Positions 38,247 to 47,350 of a stretch of 64,000 nucleotides of DNA are shown here, in pieces; the stretch's first letter is position 1; each line of letters begins with the position of its first letter. The translations under genes were made by a program, and so were the position numbers. This DNA comes from an uncultured Thermoplasmata archaeon (GTDB lineage: Archaea; Thermoplasmatota; Thermoplasmata; Lutacidiplasmatales; UBA184), in NCBI GenBank assembly GCA_963749195.1, contig CAVVLX010000007.1, forward strand, positions 2,036-66,035. Direction: 5' to 3'. A model generated the notes under the pieces. That model was not told the origin of the DNA. It saw only the letters and a list, made by a program, of their open reading frames with translations, and ran no database searches.

Positions 38247-39308
38247 TCATATCGACGAACCGCTTCCGACCGAGGAGGAGGAACTTCCCTCGAGACGGGT
38301 CCACGCCCCTTCCAGCACGCGGATCGCGTGACGCAGGTCCAGGATTCCGGTGCGTTCTCGATCCGTGTGGTCGAGATGGGAGTCTCCTGGACCGTAGACT
38401 GCAGCGGGGCAGTCCCAGATCGGCAGGACGGTGTTGAGATCGGAAGTGCCTCCCTTCCGGTAGAGCGTGGGTGTGCCCCCTTCTCGACGAATGGCGGCGG
38501 AAAGCGCTTGGATCACGCTATTCGGCCGATCCACTTCGACCGGATCTACTCGAGAAACGACCGTGATTCGGGGCCGGGAAGCGCTTTCGGTGATCTCCTT
38601 CAGGATCACCGGGCTCTGAGTCGCGGGTGGAAGCCGCAGGTCGAGGTCGACTTTCACGAGTTCAGCTCCATGGTGAAGCCGGGATCCGATTTCCACGACT
38701 TTCATCGTAACTGATAGGAAAGGGGTCGGCCCCGAGCGACGCTCGCATACGCGTCGGACATGCGCCACCCACTCCACCGCTCGATCCGCCGTGCTCGGCG
38801 CGGGCGAGGATAAGTGGGACCGCTTTCCGTGGAACTCCGCGCTCAAGCGAAGTTCCCCTTTGTAGGCGATGGTGATTCCTTCCCACCCAGTGGGTTCCCC
38901 CACGATCAGGTAGGCTGGGCGGTGGCGGGAAGTCAGGTAATTGGCGCCGCGAGAGTCTCGTTCCTCCCCGACTGCAGCGACAATCTGGAGCTGGCCGGAC
39001 CGATGGACTGCGGCTCCAGCGAAAAGGGCGGCGACGAGAGCGGCCTTGGCATCGCAGGCTCCTCTACCGGCAATCGATTGACGAGTTGCGCGGATGGGGA
39101 TCACCCCTTCGACGGTATCGATGTGCCCCAGGAACATCATCTGGGGATCGTCCCGTCCGAGGGTTGCAATGCCGTTGCCGATCTGATCGATCCGGAATCG
39201 GTAGCCGAGAGCTTGGGCGATCTCTCCAAACACGCGGACCGCCGGCCGTTCGCGTCCGGTGGGACTATAGGCCCGGATCAGTCGAAGCAGCGCGTCGACT
39301 TCATCCAC
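38247..39308 (-). CDS. lysK: [LysW]-lysine/[LysW]-ornithine hydrolase (M20 deacylase, ArgE/LysK type)
   Basis: M20 blocks FLGHIDTV, GRGACDAKA and VGEERDS. Last gene of the lysW operon; overlaps lysJ by 8 nt. Confidence 0.8.
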   Translation of the reverse strand: MDEVDALLRLIRAYSPTGRERPAVRVFGEIAQALGYRFRIDQIGNGIATLGRDDPQMMFLGHIDTVEGVIPIRATRQSIAGRGACDAKAALVAALFAGAAVHRSGQLQIVAAVGEERDSRGANYLTSRHRPAYLIVGEPTGWEGITIAYKGELRLSAEFHGKRSHLSSPAPSTADRAVEWVAHVRRVCERRSGPTPFLSVTMKVVEIGSRLHHGAELVKVDLDLRLPPATQSPVILKEITESASRPRITVVSRVDPVEVDRPNSVIQALSAAIRREGGTPTLYRKGGTSDLNTVLPIWDCPAAVYGPGDSHLDHTDRERTGILDLRHAIRVLEGAWTRLEGSSSSSVGSGSSI

Positions 39309-40458
39309 GGCTCAGCACCGCTCCAATCGTGTCCAACGCGTGAAACCACTCGGACTCTCCGATGACGAGCGGGGGGAGCAGGCGGATGACGTTCGACCCA
39401 CCGCCGATCGCTAGGATTCCCTCGCGGGCCAGCGTTTCGAGATATGGCGCCGCCCGTCCCTTGAGCTCAATGCCGATCATGAGTCCCAGCCCCCGAACCT
39501 CGCGCACCTTCGGCAATCCCCGTCGGCCCAGTCGCTCGATCCCTTCCGTTCCGAGTCGATCGGCACGCTCCCAGAGACGTTCTTGAAGTAGGTAATCGAT
39601 TGCCGCCACGCCCGCTGCGCAGGCGATCGGGTTGCCTCCAAACGTAGAATTGTGACTGCCGTTAAATCGCTCTTCGACGGACCGCGTGGTCAACGTCGCT
39701 CCGATCGGAACGCCTCCGGCGAGCGACTTTGCCAGCGTGACGATGTCGGCATGAACGTTCCATCGTTCGTGGGCGAAGATCCGACCCGTTCGACCCATTC
39801 CCGTTTGAACTTCGTCGAGGATCAACAGTGCCCCCGCGTCATCACAGATTTCACGCGCCGCCGGGAGATACTCGGGGGCGGCGACGTAGACCCCCCCTTC
39901 TCCCTGGACGGCTTCCAGAATCACGGCGGCCGTCTCCTCACTGACCGCCTTCCGTAGCGCCTCCACGTCGTTGAAAGGGACGTGCCCGAACCCGGGAACG
40001 AGGGGCTCGAATGGTTCGCGAAAGTCCCGTCTCCACGTGGCGCTGAGGGCGCCCATCGTCCTTCCATGAAAGCCCCTCATCGCGGCGACAATCTTCGTCC
40101 TCCTGGTGGCCGCGCGCGCAAATTTGAGTCCCGCCTCCACTGCCTCAGCGCCCGAGTTGGACAGGAATGCTCGGGAGAGGTTGTCCGGGGCGATGGAGAG
40201 CAGTCGGTGGACGAATGCGCGACGCGCTGGAGTGGGAAATGCCGGCCCGACGTGGATCAACTGCCGAGCCTGGGCCCCGATTGCGGCGACCACCGCAGGA
40301 TTCGAGTACCCCAGATTGGCGACGCCAAAGGAGGCCCCGCAATCGATGTACTCTCGTCCTTCCGAATCCCAAAGGGTCGCTCCCGCGCCACGGACGATTT
40401 CGATCGCGCGTTGGGGAAAGCAGGCAAACTCGGCGGGGCCGGCGGACGCAAGGATCAC
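39301..40458 (-). CDS. lysJ: class III aminotransferase, LysJ/ArgD type
   Basis: ILDEVQTGMGRTGRIFAHE and TLAKSLAGGVPIGA (PLP lysine). The GTG at 40458 overlaps the lysZ stop as GTGA; the 435-aa track ORF extends wrongly into lysZ. Confidence 0.85.
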   Translation of the reverse strand: MILASAGPAEFACFPQRAIEIVRGAGATLWDSEGREYIDCGASFGVANLGYSNPAVVAAIGAQARQLIHVGPAFPTPARRAFVHRLLSIAPDNLSRAFLSNSGAEAVEAGLKFARAATRRTKIVAAMRGFHGRTMGALSATWRRDFREPFEPLVPGFGHVPFNDVEALRKAVSEETAAVILEAVQGEGGVYVAAPEYLPAAREICDDAGALLILDEVQTGMGRTGRIFAHERWNVHADIVTLAKSLAGGVPIGATLTTRSVEERFNGSHNSTFGGNPIACAAGVAAIDYLLQERLWERADRLGTEGIERLGRRGLPKVREVRGLGLMIGIELKGRAAPYLETLAREGILAIGGGSNVIRLLPPLVIGESEWFHALDTIGAVLSRG

Positions 40459-41264
40459 GCGATCACCGTTCCCCGCCCCGCCAGCGCGAGCGCGATCGGG
40501 TAGGTAGCTCGAGACGAGCCGATGACGACCCGCGCGACCCCGTTTCGCGCGGCCTCTTCCGCGGCCAGCAGTTTCTTTTTCATCCGTCCGTGGGCGAGCG
40601 CGAGGCACGACCCGAAACTCTCGGGTGTCACGTGTCGGACGAGCGTTTCGATGTTTGTCGGGTCCTTCAGCAGTCCCGGAACGTTCGTGAGCAACACGAG
40701 GGCCCGCGCGCGGAGCGCCACCGCGACTCGGGCCGCAAGGCGGTCGGCATCCACGTTCACGATCTCCCCCGACGCGGTGATCGCCGGCGGGGAGACTACC
40801 GGAACGTAGCCGGTAGAGAGCAATCCCTGAAGCAATGGGAAGTTGATGCTCTCGATCGTGGCGGAATAATCGCCTCTCACATGAACGGTTTTACCGTTCT
40901 CGAGCGCCCGGGATCCCTCTTTGCGTCGGCCGACGACCAGACCTCCGTCGACGCCGCTCAGCCCCAGCGCCCGAACGCCGGATCCCTGTAGCTGCGCGAC
41001 AATGGCCGTATTCACCTTGCCGGCGATCGCCATCGTCAGGACCTCGAGTCCTGCCGCATCGGTGTAGCGAGAAACGACCCCACTGGGCGAGGTGAAGTAG
41101 CGGGCGGGCCGCCCAAGCGCAACACCCAACCGATCGACCTCGGAAGACCCGCCGTGGACCAAGACACAATCGGGGTGAGATGCAACTTCCGCGATCGTCG
41201 GGGCGAGATCGTTGCCGTCCGCCCCTCCGAGCTTCACCACGATGGCCCCCTGTGGAAGGTTCAT
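40455..41264 (-). CDS. lysZ: [LysW]-aminoadipate/glutamate kinase (amino-acid kinase family, ArgB/LysZ)
   Basis: AIVVKLGG, CVLVHGGS and NVDADRLA blocks. ATGA overlap with lysY. Confidence 0.85.
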   Translation of the reverse strand: MNLPQGAIVVKLGGADGNDLAPTIAEVASHPDCVLVHGGSSEVDRLGVALGRPARYFTSPSGVVSRYTDAAGLEVLTMAIAGKVNTAIVAQLQGSGVRALGLSGVDGGLVVGRRKEGSRALENGKTVHVRGDYSATIESINFPLLQGLLSTGYVPVVSPPAITASGEIVNVDADRLAARVAVALRARALVLLTNVPGLLKDPTNIETLVRHVTPESFGSCLALAHGRMKKKLLAAEEAARNGVARVVIGSSRATYPIALALAGRGTVIA

Positions 41265-42286
41265 ATCGGGTGCAACCCGAGAAACTCAAGACCGCTGGTC
41301 TCGGGAAAACCGGCGCGGATGTTCCAACATTGCACGGCGTTGCCGGCCGCCCCTTTGCCGAGGTTGTCCAAGGCGGCGACGGCGACGACGCGTTTCCCAT
41401 GGGGGTCGAGGGCGAATCCGACGTCACAGTAGTTGGTCCCGGCGAGGATCTTCGGTTCTGGTTGTCGAAAGTGACCGTCGGCATCGTGGACGATCCGCAT
41501 GAAAGGTTCGCTTTGGTACGCCGCGCGATAGATTCGCCATAGATCCTTCTCCGTGGGCGCGCGGTCATAGAATGCATGGCACGTCGCCAGGACTCCCCGA
41601 ACCGCCTCGACCGCGTGGCACGACAGCGCCACTCGTGCGCCGGTCTCTTGCTCGATTTCGGCGGTGTGTCGATGGAGTGCGGGGGCGTACAGCCGTATGA
41701 CGCCGGATCGCTCGGGGTGAATCGACGCAGCGCCGCCGTCGGCGCCACCCGCCGACGAGCCGCTCTTCGCGTCGATGACGACCGGCGAACTTCCGAGAAA
41801 CCCCGCTCGGATCAAGGGCCGGAGGGCGAGAATCGAGGCAGTGGCGATGCATCCGGGCACCGCGATGAGTTGAGATCGCTGCAGAGACGCTCGATATAAC
41901 TCCGGTAACCCGTAGACGGAGGTCGCGAGAAGTTCCGGATTCGGGTGGCTCACTCCGTAGTAGGTCGGGTACTGCGTCGCATCTCGGAGCCGAAAATCTG
42001 CACTGAGGTCGACGATGATTCCGCCGGTCGCGAGCCAGTCGGACATCTTCCCCATCGACCGACCGTGGGGGGTTGCGACGAACGTCACCTCGGTCGGGCG
42101 AAGCTGATCGTGCGTCGTGAACACGAGGTCCGTCGCTTTTCGAAGATTCGGATGCGCGCGCGATACCGGCTTTCCGGCGAGGGCGTCCGACGTGACCTGG
42201 ACGATCTCGGCCTGCGGATGACGGAGTAAGAGTCGGAGCAATTCCCCTCCCACGTACCCAGAACCCCCCACGACCGCGACCTTCAT
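41261..42286 (-). CDS. lysY: N-acyl-gamma-glutamyl/aminoadipyl-phosphate reductase (ArgC/LysY)
   Basis: MKVAVVGGSGYVGGELLRLL and the active-site region AVPGCIATASILALRPL. Confidence 0.9.
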   Translation of the reverse strand: MKVAVVGGSGYVGGELLRLLLRHPQAEIVQVTSDALAGKPVSRAHPNLRKATDLVFTTHDQLRPTEVTFVATPHGRSMGKMSDWLATGGIIVDLSADFRLRDATQYPTYYGVSHPNPELLATSVYGLPELYRASLQRSQLIAVPGCIATASILALRPLIRAGFLGSSPVVIDAKSGSSAGGADGGAASIHPERSGVIRLYAPALHRHTAEIEQETGARVALSCHAVEAVRGVLATCHAFYDRAPTEKDLWRIYRAAYQSEPFMRIVHDADGHFRQPEPKILAGTNYCDVGFALDPHGKRVVAVAALDNLGKGAAGNAVQCWNIRAGFPETSGLEFLGLHPI

Positions 42287-43134
42287 CGGCGACCCACTTC
42301 CCTAGCGTACGCCACGATCTGCTCCGCCACGTCCACACCGGTCGCCGCGGTCAACGCTTTGAATTCCGGAGTAGGGTTCACCTCGTGAACGACCAACCCC
42401 GCCGGCGATTCCATGAGGTCGACGGCTAGGACCCCGCCACCGACGGCATCCGCTGCCTTGAGTGCTAGGTCGCGAAGCTCCGGCGTGGGCTCGAGAGCCT
42501 CGGTCCTCCCGCCCCGAGCCGCGTTCGTTCGCCAATCGTCCGAGTACCGGTACATCGCCGCCGCAACATGTTCGCCCACCACCAAGGCCCGGATGTCGCG
42601 CCCGGGCTTCGGGACGAACTCTTGAATGTAGTAAATGGAATGTTGCGGCGACGCAAGCGCGCTCTTGTGCTCGAGCACCTGCTCCGCCTCCCGACGGCTC
42701 TCCACTTTGGCCATCAAGCGCCCCCACGACCCGATCGGGGGCTTCAGCACCGCCGGGTACCCCACTAGCTCCAGCGCCCGCAGGGCGGCATCCGCCGTGA
42801 GCGCCACGATTGTTCGGGGCGTCGGAATGCCCCGAGCTTTGAGCCGAATCGAGGCGAGGACCTTATCGCCACTGACCTCGACCACCGCGGGTTCGTTCAC
42901 CGTGGGAATCCCGTAATGATCGTAGAAGCGGGCGGCGTAGAGGGCCCGGGAATGGCTGATCGATCGGTTGAGCACCACGTCCGACCGGTCCGAGGGAGGA
43001 TCCAGATCGAACGTCTGGCCTTCGTCGTGCAACCGATCGATGCGCACGCCTTGCCGGGTGGCGGCCTCTAAGAGCGCGCGCTCCTCCGATCGAACGATCG
43101 TGTAGAAGAGCCCGAGGCGAAACCCGTTACTCAC
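42283..43134 (-). CDS. lysX: RimK-type ATP-grasp ligase, LysX/ArgX
   Basis: 283-aa ATP-grasp (YPAVLKPPIGSWGR, YIQEFVPKPGRDIRALVVG, LAVDLME). GTG start overlapping the lysW end by 8 nt. Confidence 0.85.
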   Translation of the reverse strand: MSNGFRLGLFYTIVRSEERALLEAATRQGVRIDRLHDEGQTFDLDPPSDRSDVVLNRSISHSRALYAARFYDHYGIPTVNEPAVVEVSGDKVLASIRLKARGIPTPRTIVALTADAALRALELVGYPAVLKPPIGSWGRLMAKVESRREAEQVLEHKSALASPQHSIYYIQEFVPKPGRDIRALVVGEHVAAAMYRYSDDWRTNAARGGRTEALEPTPELRDLALKAADAVGGGVLAVDLMESPAGLVVHEVNPTPEFKALTAATGVDVAEQIVAYAREVGRR

Positions 43135-43288
43135 CCCAGTCCTCAGCGACCTTCGGAGCCGGCACCACCGCGAACGGGAGGCGAGCCGTCACCTCGAGTT
43201 CACTTCCGCAGTCCGGGCAGGAGAAGATCTCTCCTTCGATCATGTCTTTCGGCGCTACCGGGGCCTCGCATTCCGGGCAACTCGTCAT
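43127..43288 (-). CDS. lysW: amino-group carrier protein LysW
   Basis: Not in the ORF track (53 aa). My translation: MTSCPECEAPVAPKDMIEGEIFSCPDCGSELEVTARLPFAVVPAPKVAEDWGE. It has a CxxC...CxxC zinc ribbon and the canonical C-terminal EDWGE. The ATG lies 1 nt after the argH stop. Confidence 0.9.
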   Translation of the reverse strand: MTSCPECEAPVAPKDMIEGEIFSCPDCGSELEVTARLPFAVVPAPKVAEDWGE

Positions 43289-43289
43289 T

Positions 43290-44678
43290 CTACTTCTCCT
43301 TCAGGATCTCCTCGATCCGTTCGTCCTTCGCGTGAAGTTCGGACAGTGACTGAAGGGTGCGATCGAGGCTCTCCCGAGCTCGTTCGAGCTGGAACTGAAC
43401 GGCTTTCGGGCTTGGCCCTCCGGGCGAGCTCCGTTCCCGAAGGGCCTCCATCGGGTCGGCCGTCCGGTTTTCCGGGGTCGACCCCGCCGCGTTCCCCTGG
43501 AACGTGGCATATTGGCCAGCGATCTCTTCGTGCGCGCGGCGGAACGGCACCCCTTCGCGAGTCATTCGCTCAACCGCGTCCGTGGCGAAGAGGCGTGGAT
43601 CCCCCGCGGCCTCGTGGAGTCGTGGATGGTTGAATCGGAGGGCGGGAACGACCCGAGTAAACGCCTCGAGTGTATCCCGGACCTGCACGGTCGCGTCGAA
43701 CACCGACGCTTTGTCCTCCTGCAAGTCGCGATTGTAAGCGAGCGGCAGTCCTTTGAGTACCGTCAACAAAGAGACCAGGTCGCCTAAGATTCGCCCCGCT
43801 TTCGCGCGCCCGAGTTCCGCGACGTCGGGATTCCGTTTCTGAGGCATCAGGCTACTGCCGGAACCCAGTTCGGGAATGGGCAGCAGAAAACCGAATTCCT
43901 GGGACGTCCAGAGTGCGAGCTCTTCCCCGAGCGAGCTGAGATGAACGCCCAACAACGCGAGATCGAAAAGGTACTCGGCGAAGAAGTCCCGATCACTGAC
44001 GGCGTCCAGCGAGTTTTCGAAGACCTGCGAGAATCCGAGGCGATCCGCCACCCAGGCCGGATCGATCGGCAGCGACGTTCCCGCGAGCGCGCCCGCGCCC
44101 AACGGCGAGACATCCGCGCGTCGAGCGCAATCTAAGAAACGGTCCCCGTCGCGAGCCAAACGCCACTGGTGCGCAAGAAAGTGATGGGCCACGGAAACGA
44201 CCTGCGCCCGCTGAAGGTGGGTGTATCCGGGCAATGGGGTTTCGAGATGCTGCGTCGCCAGCTCGATCAAGGCTCCCCGCAGGTCGACCACCGCGACCAC
44301 GATCGTCCGAATCGCGCGTCGCAACCAGAGGCGTTCGTCGAGCGCGATCTGATCGTTGCGGCTGCGCCCGGTATGCAACTTACCCCCAATCGCCCCGACG
44401 CGTTCGGTGAGCGCCATTTCGATGTTGGTATGCACATCCTCGAGCTCCTCGCGCCAAGGGAATCGACCGTTCTCAATCTCAGAGTGGATTGCCCGAAGAC
44501 CCGCGACCAGGCGGGCGACTTCCTCCTCAGGCACAATCCGGGTGTGCCCGAGCATCTGCAAGTGGGCGATGCTGCCCGCCACATCAAAGCGGGCGAGGAT
44601 ACGATCGACCGCAAGCGATGATAGGTACGGGCCCGCCGGGCTCCGAACGTAGCTGGGAACGCCGACACTCTCTTTCAT
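43290..44678 (-). CDS. argH: argininosuccinate lyase
   Basis: GSIAHLQML and the fumarate-lyase signature GSSLMPQKRNPD. The ATG at 44678 (MKESVG...) lies 20 nt after the argG stop; the 608-aa track ORF overlaps argG and is rejected. Confidence 0.9.
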   Translation of the reverse strand: MKESVGVPSYVRSPAGPYLSSLAVDRILARFDVAGSIAHLQMLGHTRIVPEEEVARLVAGLRAIHSEIENGRFPWREELEDVHTNIEMALTERVGAIGGKLHTGRSRNDQIALDERLWLRRAIRTIVVAVVDLRGALIELATQHLETPLPGYTHLQRAQVVSVAHHFLAHQWRLARDGDRFLDCARRADVSPLGAGALAGTSLPIDPAWVADRLGFSQVFENSLDAVSDRDFFAEYLFDLALLGVHLSSLGEELALWTSQEFGFLLPIPELGSGSSLMPQKRNPDVAELGRAKAGRILGDLVSLLTVLKGLPLAYNRDLQEDKASVFDATVQVRDTLEAFTRVVPALRFNHPRLHEAAGDPRLFATDAVERMTREGVPFRRAHEEIAGQYATFQGNAAGSTPENRTADPMEALRERSSPGGPSPKAVQFQLERARESLDRTLQSLSELHAKDERIEEILKEK

Positions 44679-44698
44679 CGTGCGGTGGACAGCGGAAG

Positions 44699-45931
44699 TC
44701 AGGTCGGAATCTTCGCGACCGGAGCCACTTTCGGCGTGGCCTGTTGGCCAACGGCGGCCCAGGTTCGGGCCGGAAGTCCCCAGACGTAGATGAACCCCTC
44801 CGCCATTTCTTGCCGGAATTGGTCGCCGCTGGAGTAGGTGGCGAGCGAATGCTGGTACAAGGAGTAGGGAGAAATTCGTCCCGTAACGTGGGCAGATCCC
44901 TTGAACAGTTTGAGGGTCACCTGACCGGTGACTCGCGACTGACTCGTGGCGAAGAACGCGTCGAGGGACTCGCGTAGCGGAGTGAACCAAAGCCCGTCGT
45001 AGATGAGTTGTGCGTATCGACCTTCGAGCGAGTGCTTCACCTCTAAGAGATCCCGTGGCAGTACCATCCCTTCTAGGGCGCGGTGCGCATCGATCAGAAC
45101 AAGTGCGGCGGGGCACTCATAGACTTCGCGAGATTTGATTCCCACGACGCGCGATTCGACGTGATCGATTCGACCGACCCCGTGGACGCCGGCGATCTGA
45201 TTCAGCGAAGTGATGAGCGATACAAGCTCCATAGGCCGACCATTGAGACCCGTCGGTCGGCCCGCGTCGAACTCGATAGTAACGTACTCCGGAAGGTCCG
45301 GTGCCTCCAGTGGATTCGTGGTCCAGGCATACGCTTCTTCGGGAGGTTCGAGGGCCGGATTCTCTAGCACGCCGCACTCTACCGATCGTCCCCAGAGGTT
45401 TTCGTCCGTGCTGTACGGAGATCCGTTCTTTACCGGAACCGGCACTCCCCGCTCCGCGGCATAGGCGATCTCCTGCTCGCGGGACATTCCCCACTCTCGA
45501 GCGGGAGCGATCACCTGGAGCTGCGGCGCCAAGGCCGTGGTGCACAGGTCGAAGCGAACCTGATCGTTGCCTTTCCCCGTACATCCGTGAGCAACCGCGG
45601 TGGCTCCTTCGTTTTGAGCCACCGTCACGATATGTTGACCGATCAAAGGGCGGGCCAACGAGGTACTCAGGGGATACTCCCCCTCGTAGAGCGCGTTCGC
45701 TCGAATCGCTCGGAGGAGGTACTCCTCTGCAAACTCCTCCCGTGCGTCGATCACGTACGCTCGGATCGCGCCGACGAGTTCGGCCTTGCGTCGGACCGCT
45801 TCCAAGTCCACGGGTTGGCCGACGTTCACCGTCACCGCCACCACGTCGTGGCCCCGCTCCTTTAGCCACGGAATCGCGACCGAGGTATCAAGCCCTCCCG
45901 AATAGGCGAGCACAACTTTCGAGTGGCCCAT
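44699..45931 (-). CDS. argG: argininosuccinate synthase
   Basis: VVLAYSGGLDTSV, AHGCTGKGNDQVRF and YSTDENLWGRS. Confidence 0.95.
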   Translation of the reverse strand: MGHSKVVLAYSGGLDTSVAIPWLKERGHDVVAVTVNVGQPVDLEAVRRKAELVGAIRAYVIDAREEFAEEYLLRAIRANALYEGEYPLSTSLARPLIGQHIVTVAQNEGATAVAHGCTGKGNDQVRFDLCTTALAPQLQVIAPAREWGMSREQEIAYAAERGVPVPVKNGSPYSTDENLWGRSVECGVLENPALEPPEEAYAWTTNPLEAPDLPEYVTIEFDAGRPTGLNGRPMELVSLITSLNQIAGVHGVGRIDHVESRVVGIKSREVYECPAALVLIDAHRALEGMVLPRDLLEVKHSLEGRYAQLIYDGLWFTPLRESLDAFFATSQSRVTGQVTLKLFKGSAHVTGRISPYSLYQHSLATYSSGDQFRQEMAEGFIYVWGLPARTWAAVGQQATPKVAPVAKIPT

Positions 45932-46008
45932 GAGAGACGGTTCCGATCCAAGAGGAAGAATCGAATCGTCGTATATTTAGGATGTGACCAAAGTTGGACG
46001 TTTTTAGG

Positions 46009-46026
46009 CGTAATTGTCTAATTACG
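46009..46026. promoter_or_regulatory. 7-bp perfect palindrome in the argG/ACT-regulator divergent promoter region
   Basis: CGTAATT-GTCT-AATTACG, ending 20 nt upstream of the ATG at 46046. An A/T-rich TATATTTA box lies at 45972-45979. Confidence 0.4.
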
Positions 46027-46045
46027 GACATGAGTGGGGGAACGC

Positions 46046-46684
46046 ATGAGTCGAATCACGGCCGGGGTGCGCCAGTACATCGAGTCGCATCCGACCGTCT
46101 CGGACGCCATGCGCCTGGGAATCGCAAACTACTCAGCGGTCGCGCGGCGCATCGCCAAGGAAGGCGAGTTCCCGCAGCTTCAGGCCGTCCTCGCCGCCGT
46201 TCGGAGGTACCCGGTCGCCGCCGCCGCAACGTATCGGGATGAAGTGGTGCGTCGGGTGCTTCACCAGAGCCGCATCGAGACGCGCACCAAGATTGCCACC
46301 GTCACAGTCACGCAGGGAATCGATGTGCTCCAACGACTCGGCGACGTGGTTGAGGAACTGTTGGACGAGAATAGTATTTGCCGCCTGATCCAAGTCTCTC
46401 GCGGAACGGTCATCATCCTTGAGGAAGCGTCGGTCGCCCGTGTCACCAAGCGCTTGCGGGAATCTCAAATTATCAGTACCCGGCGGGGACTTGTCGAACT
46501 GGCGGTGACCAGTCCAGAGAACATCGAACAGACCCCCGGGCTCCTCTCTCTTCTGGCCAGCATGCTCTCGGCTCGAGGGATCAACATCGTTCAAGGTATG
46601 TCGTGCTATACCGATACGATCTTCATTCTGGGCCGGGCTGATTTGTCGGCGGCGGTGGAGGCCTTGACGCTCGCCTTAGAATGA
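46046..46684 (+). CDS. ACT-domain putative regulator of amino-acid metabolism (COG2150-like)
   Basis: About 212 aa. The N-terminal HTH-like segment is SDAMRLGIANYSAVARRIAKEG. The C-terminal ACT-like segment is TPGLLSLLASMLSARGINIVQGMSCYTDTIFIL. Divergent from argG. Confidence 0.6.
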   Translation: MSRITAGVRQYIESHPTVSDAMRLGIANYSAVARRIAKEGEFPQLQAVLAAVRRYPVAAAATYRDEVVRRVLHQSRIETRTKIATVTVTQGIDVLQRLGDVVEELLDENSICRLIQVSRGTVIILEEASVARVTKRLRESQIISTRRGLVELAVTSPENIEQTPGLLSLLASMLSARGINIVQGMSCYTDTIFILGRADLSAAVEALTLALE

Positions 46685-46766
46685 GGGCCAATGGCAGGTC
46701 GTAACCGTCCAGAGGGCTATTACTAACTCGATATCGAATCCATAATGGTATAAGTTCTCGGGGCTT

Positions 46767-47348
46767 TTGAGCTCCGTGACGCCCACGGGACCTTCCAACA
46801 CCGCCGCTTGGCGCCATGGATTTCTCGGCACGTACGCGCTCAGCGCGATCGAGCAAAACCCGCTCTACGCCCATCAGCTAGCGACTCGCATCGCGGAACG
46901 AACGAATGGCGCGTGGCGACCCAGTCCGGGGGCGATCTACCCCGCGTTTCGTTCCTTGGTCGCCCGGGGGCTCGTGGAGCCGCGTCCCGTCACCGGCCGT
47001 CGACAGTATTTCATCACGGCTTCCGGTCGGCGCGAGCTTGCCCTCCTTCGCTCTCGACGTCGTCAATGGATCGAACGATTGGGCGGTTCCTGGCGACTCA
47101 TGCTCGATCTGGTCGAGCCCGGCGAGCGGGTCGAGGCTACTCTCGCCCGCCTGCGGGCGACGCTGCTCACGATCGAGATCCTGACCGGCGAGGACCGCGA
47201 CCTCCTCAGCGAGCAGGACCGCGCCTTTGTCTCCCGACAGGCGATTGGGGAACTTCGGCGGACGATTGACCGCCTCGAACGGGCGGACCGGGAGCGTGGT
47301 ACCCGCGCGTCGCGCGAACGACCGCACCCCCCCCGGGGGCGCAGGTAG
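46767..47348 (+). CDS. PadR-family transcriptional regulator
   Basis: YALSAIEQNPLYAHQLATRIAERTNGAWRPSPGAIYPAFRSLVARGLV, followed by a long helical C-terminus. Confidence 0.8.
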   Translation: MSSVTPTGPSNTAAWRHGFLGTYALSAIEQNPLYAHQLATRIAERTNGAWRPSPGAIYPAFRSLVARGLVEPRPVTGRRQYFITASGRRELALLRSRRRQWIERLGGSWRLMLDLVEPGERVEATLARLRATLLTIEILTGEDRDLLSEQDRAFVSRQAIGELRRTIDRLERADRERGTRASRERPHPPRGRR

Positions 47349-47350
47349 CC

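Noticed and set aside
43290-45116. 608-aa ORF in the track covering argH plus 146 upstream codons. Similar over-extended starts occur for 39301-40608, 59258-60571, 52571-53767, 31130-31648, 32141-32875, 35425-35889, 12295-12876, 20661-21020 and 36111-36662.
   Set aside because: The extensions overlap the preceding gene or are Arg/Pro-rich nonsense. Internal ATG or GTG codons sit exactly at operon junctions or align with family N-termini. The ORF caller simply takes the most upstream ATG, GTG or TTG.
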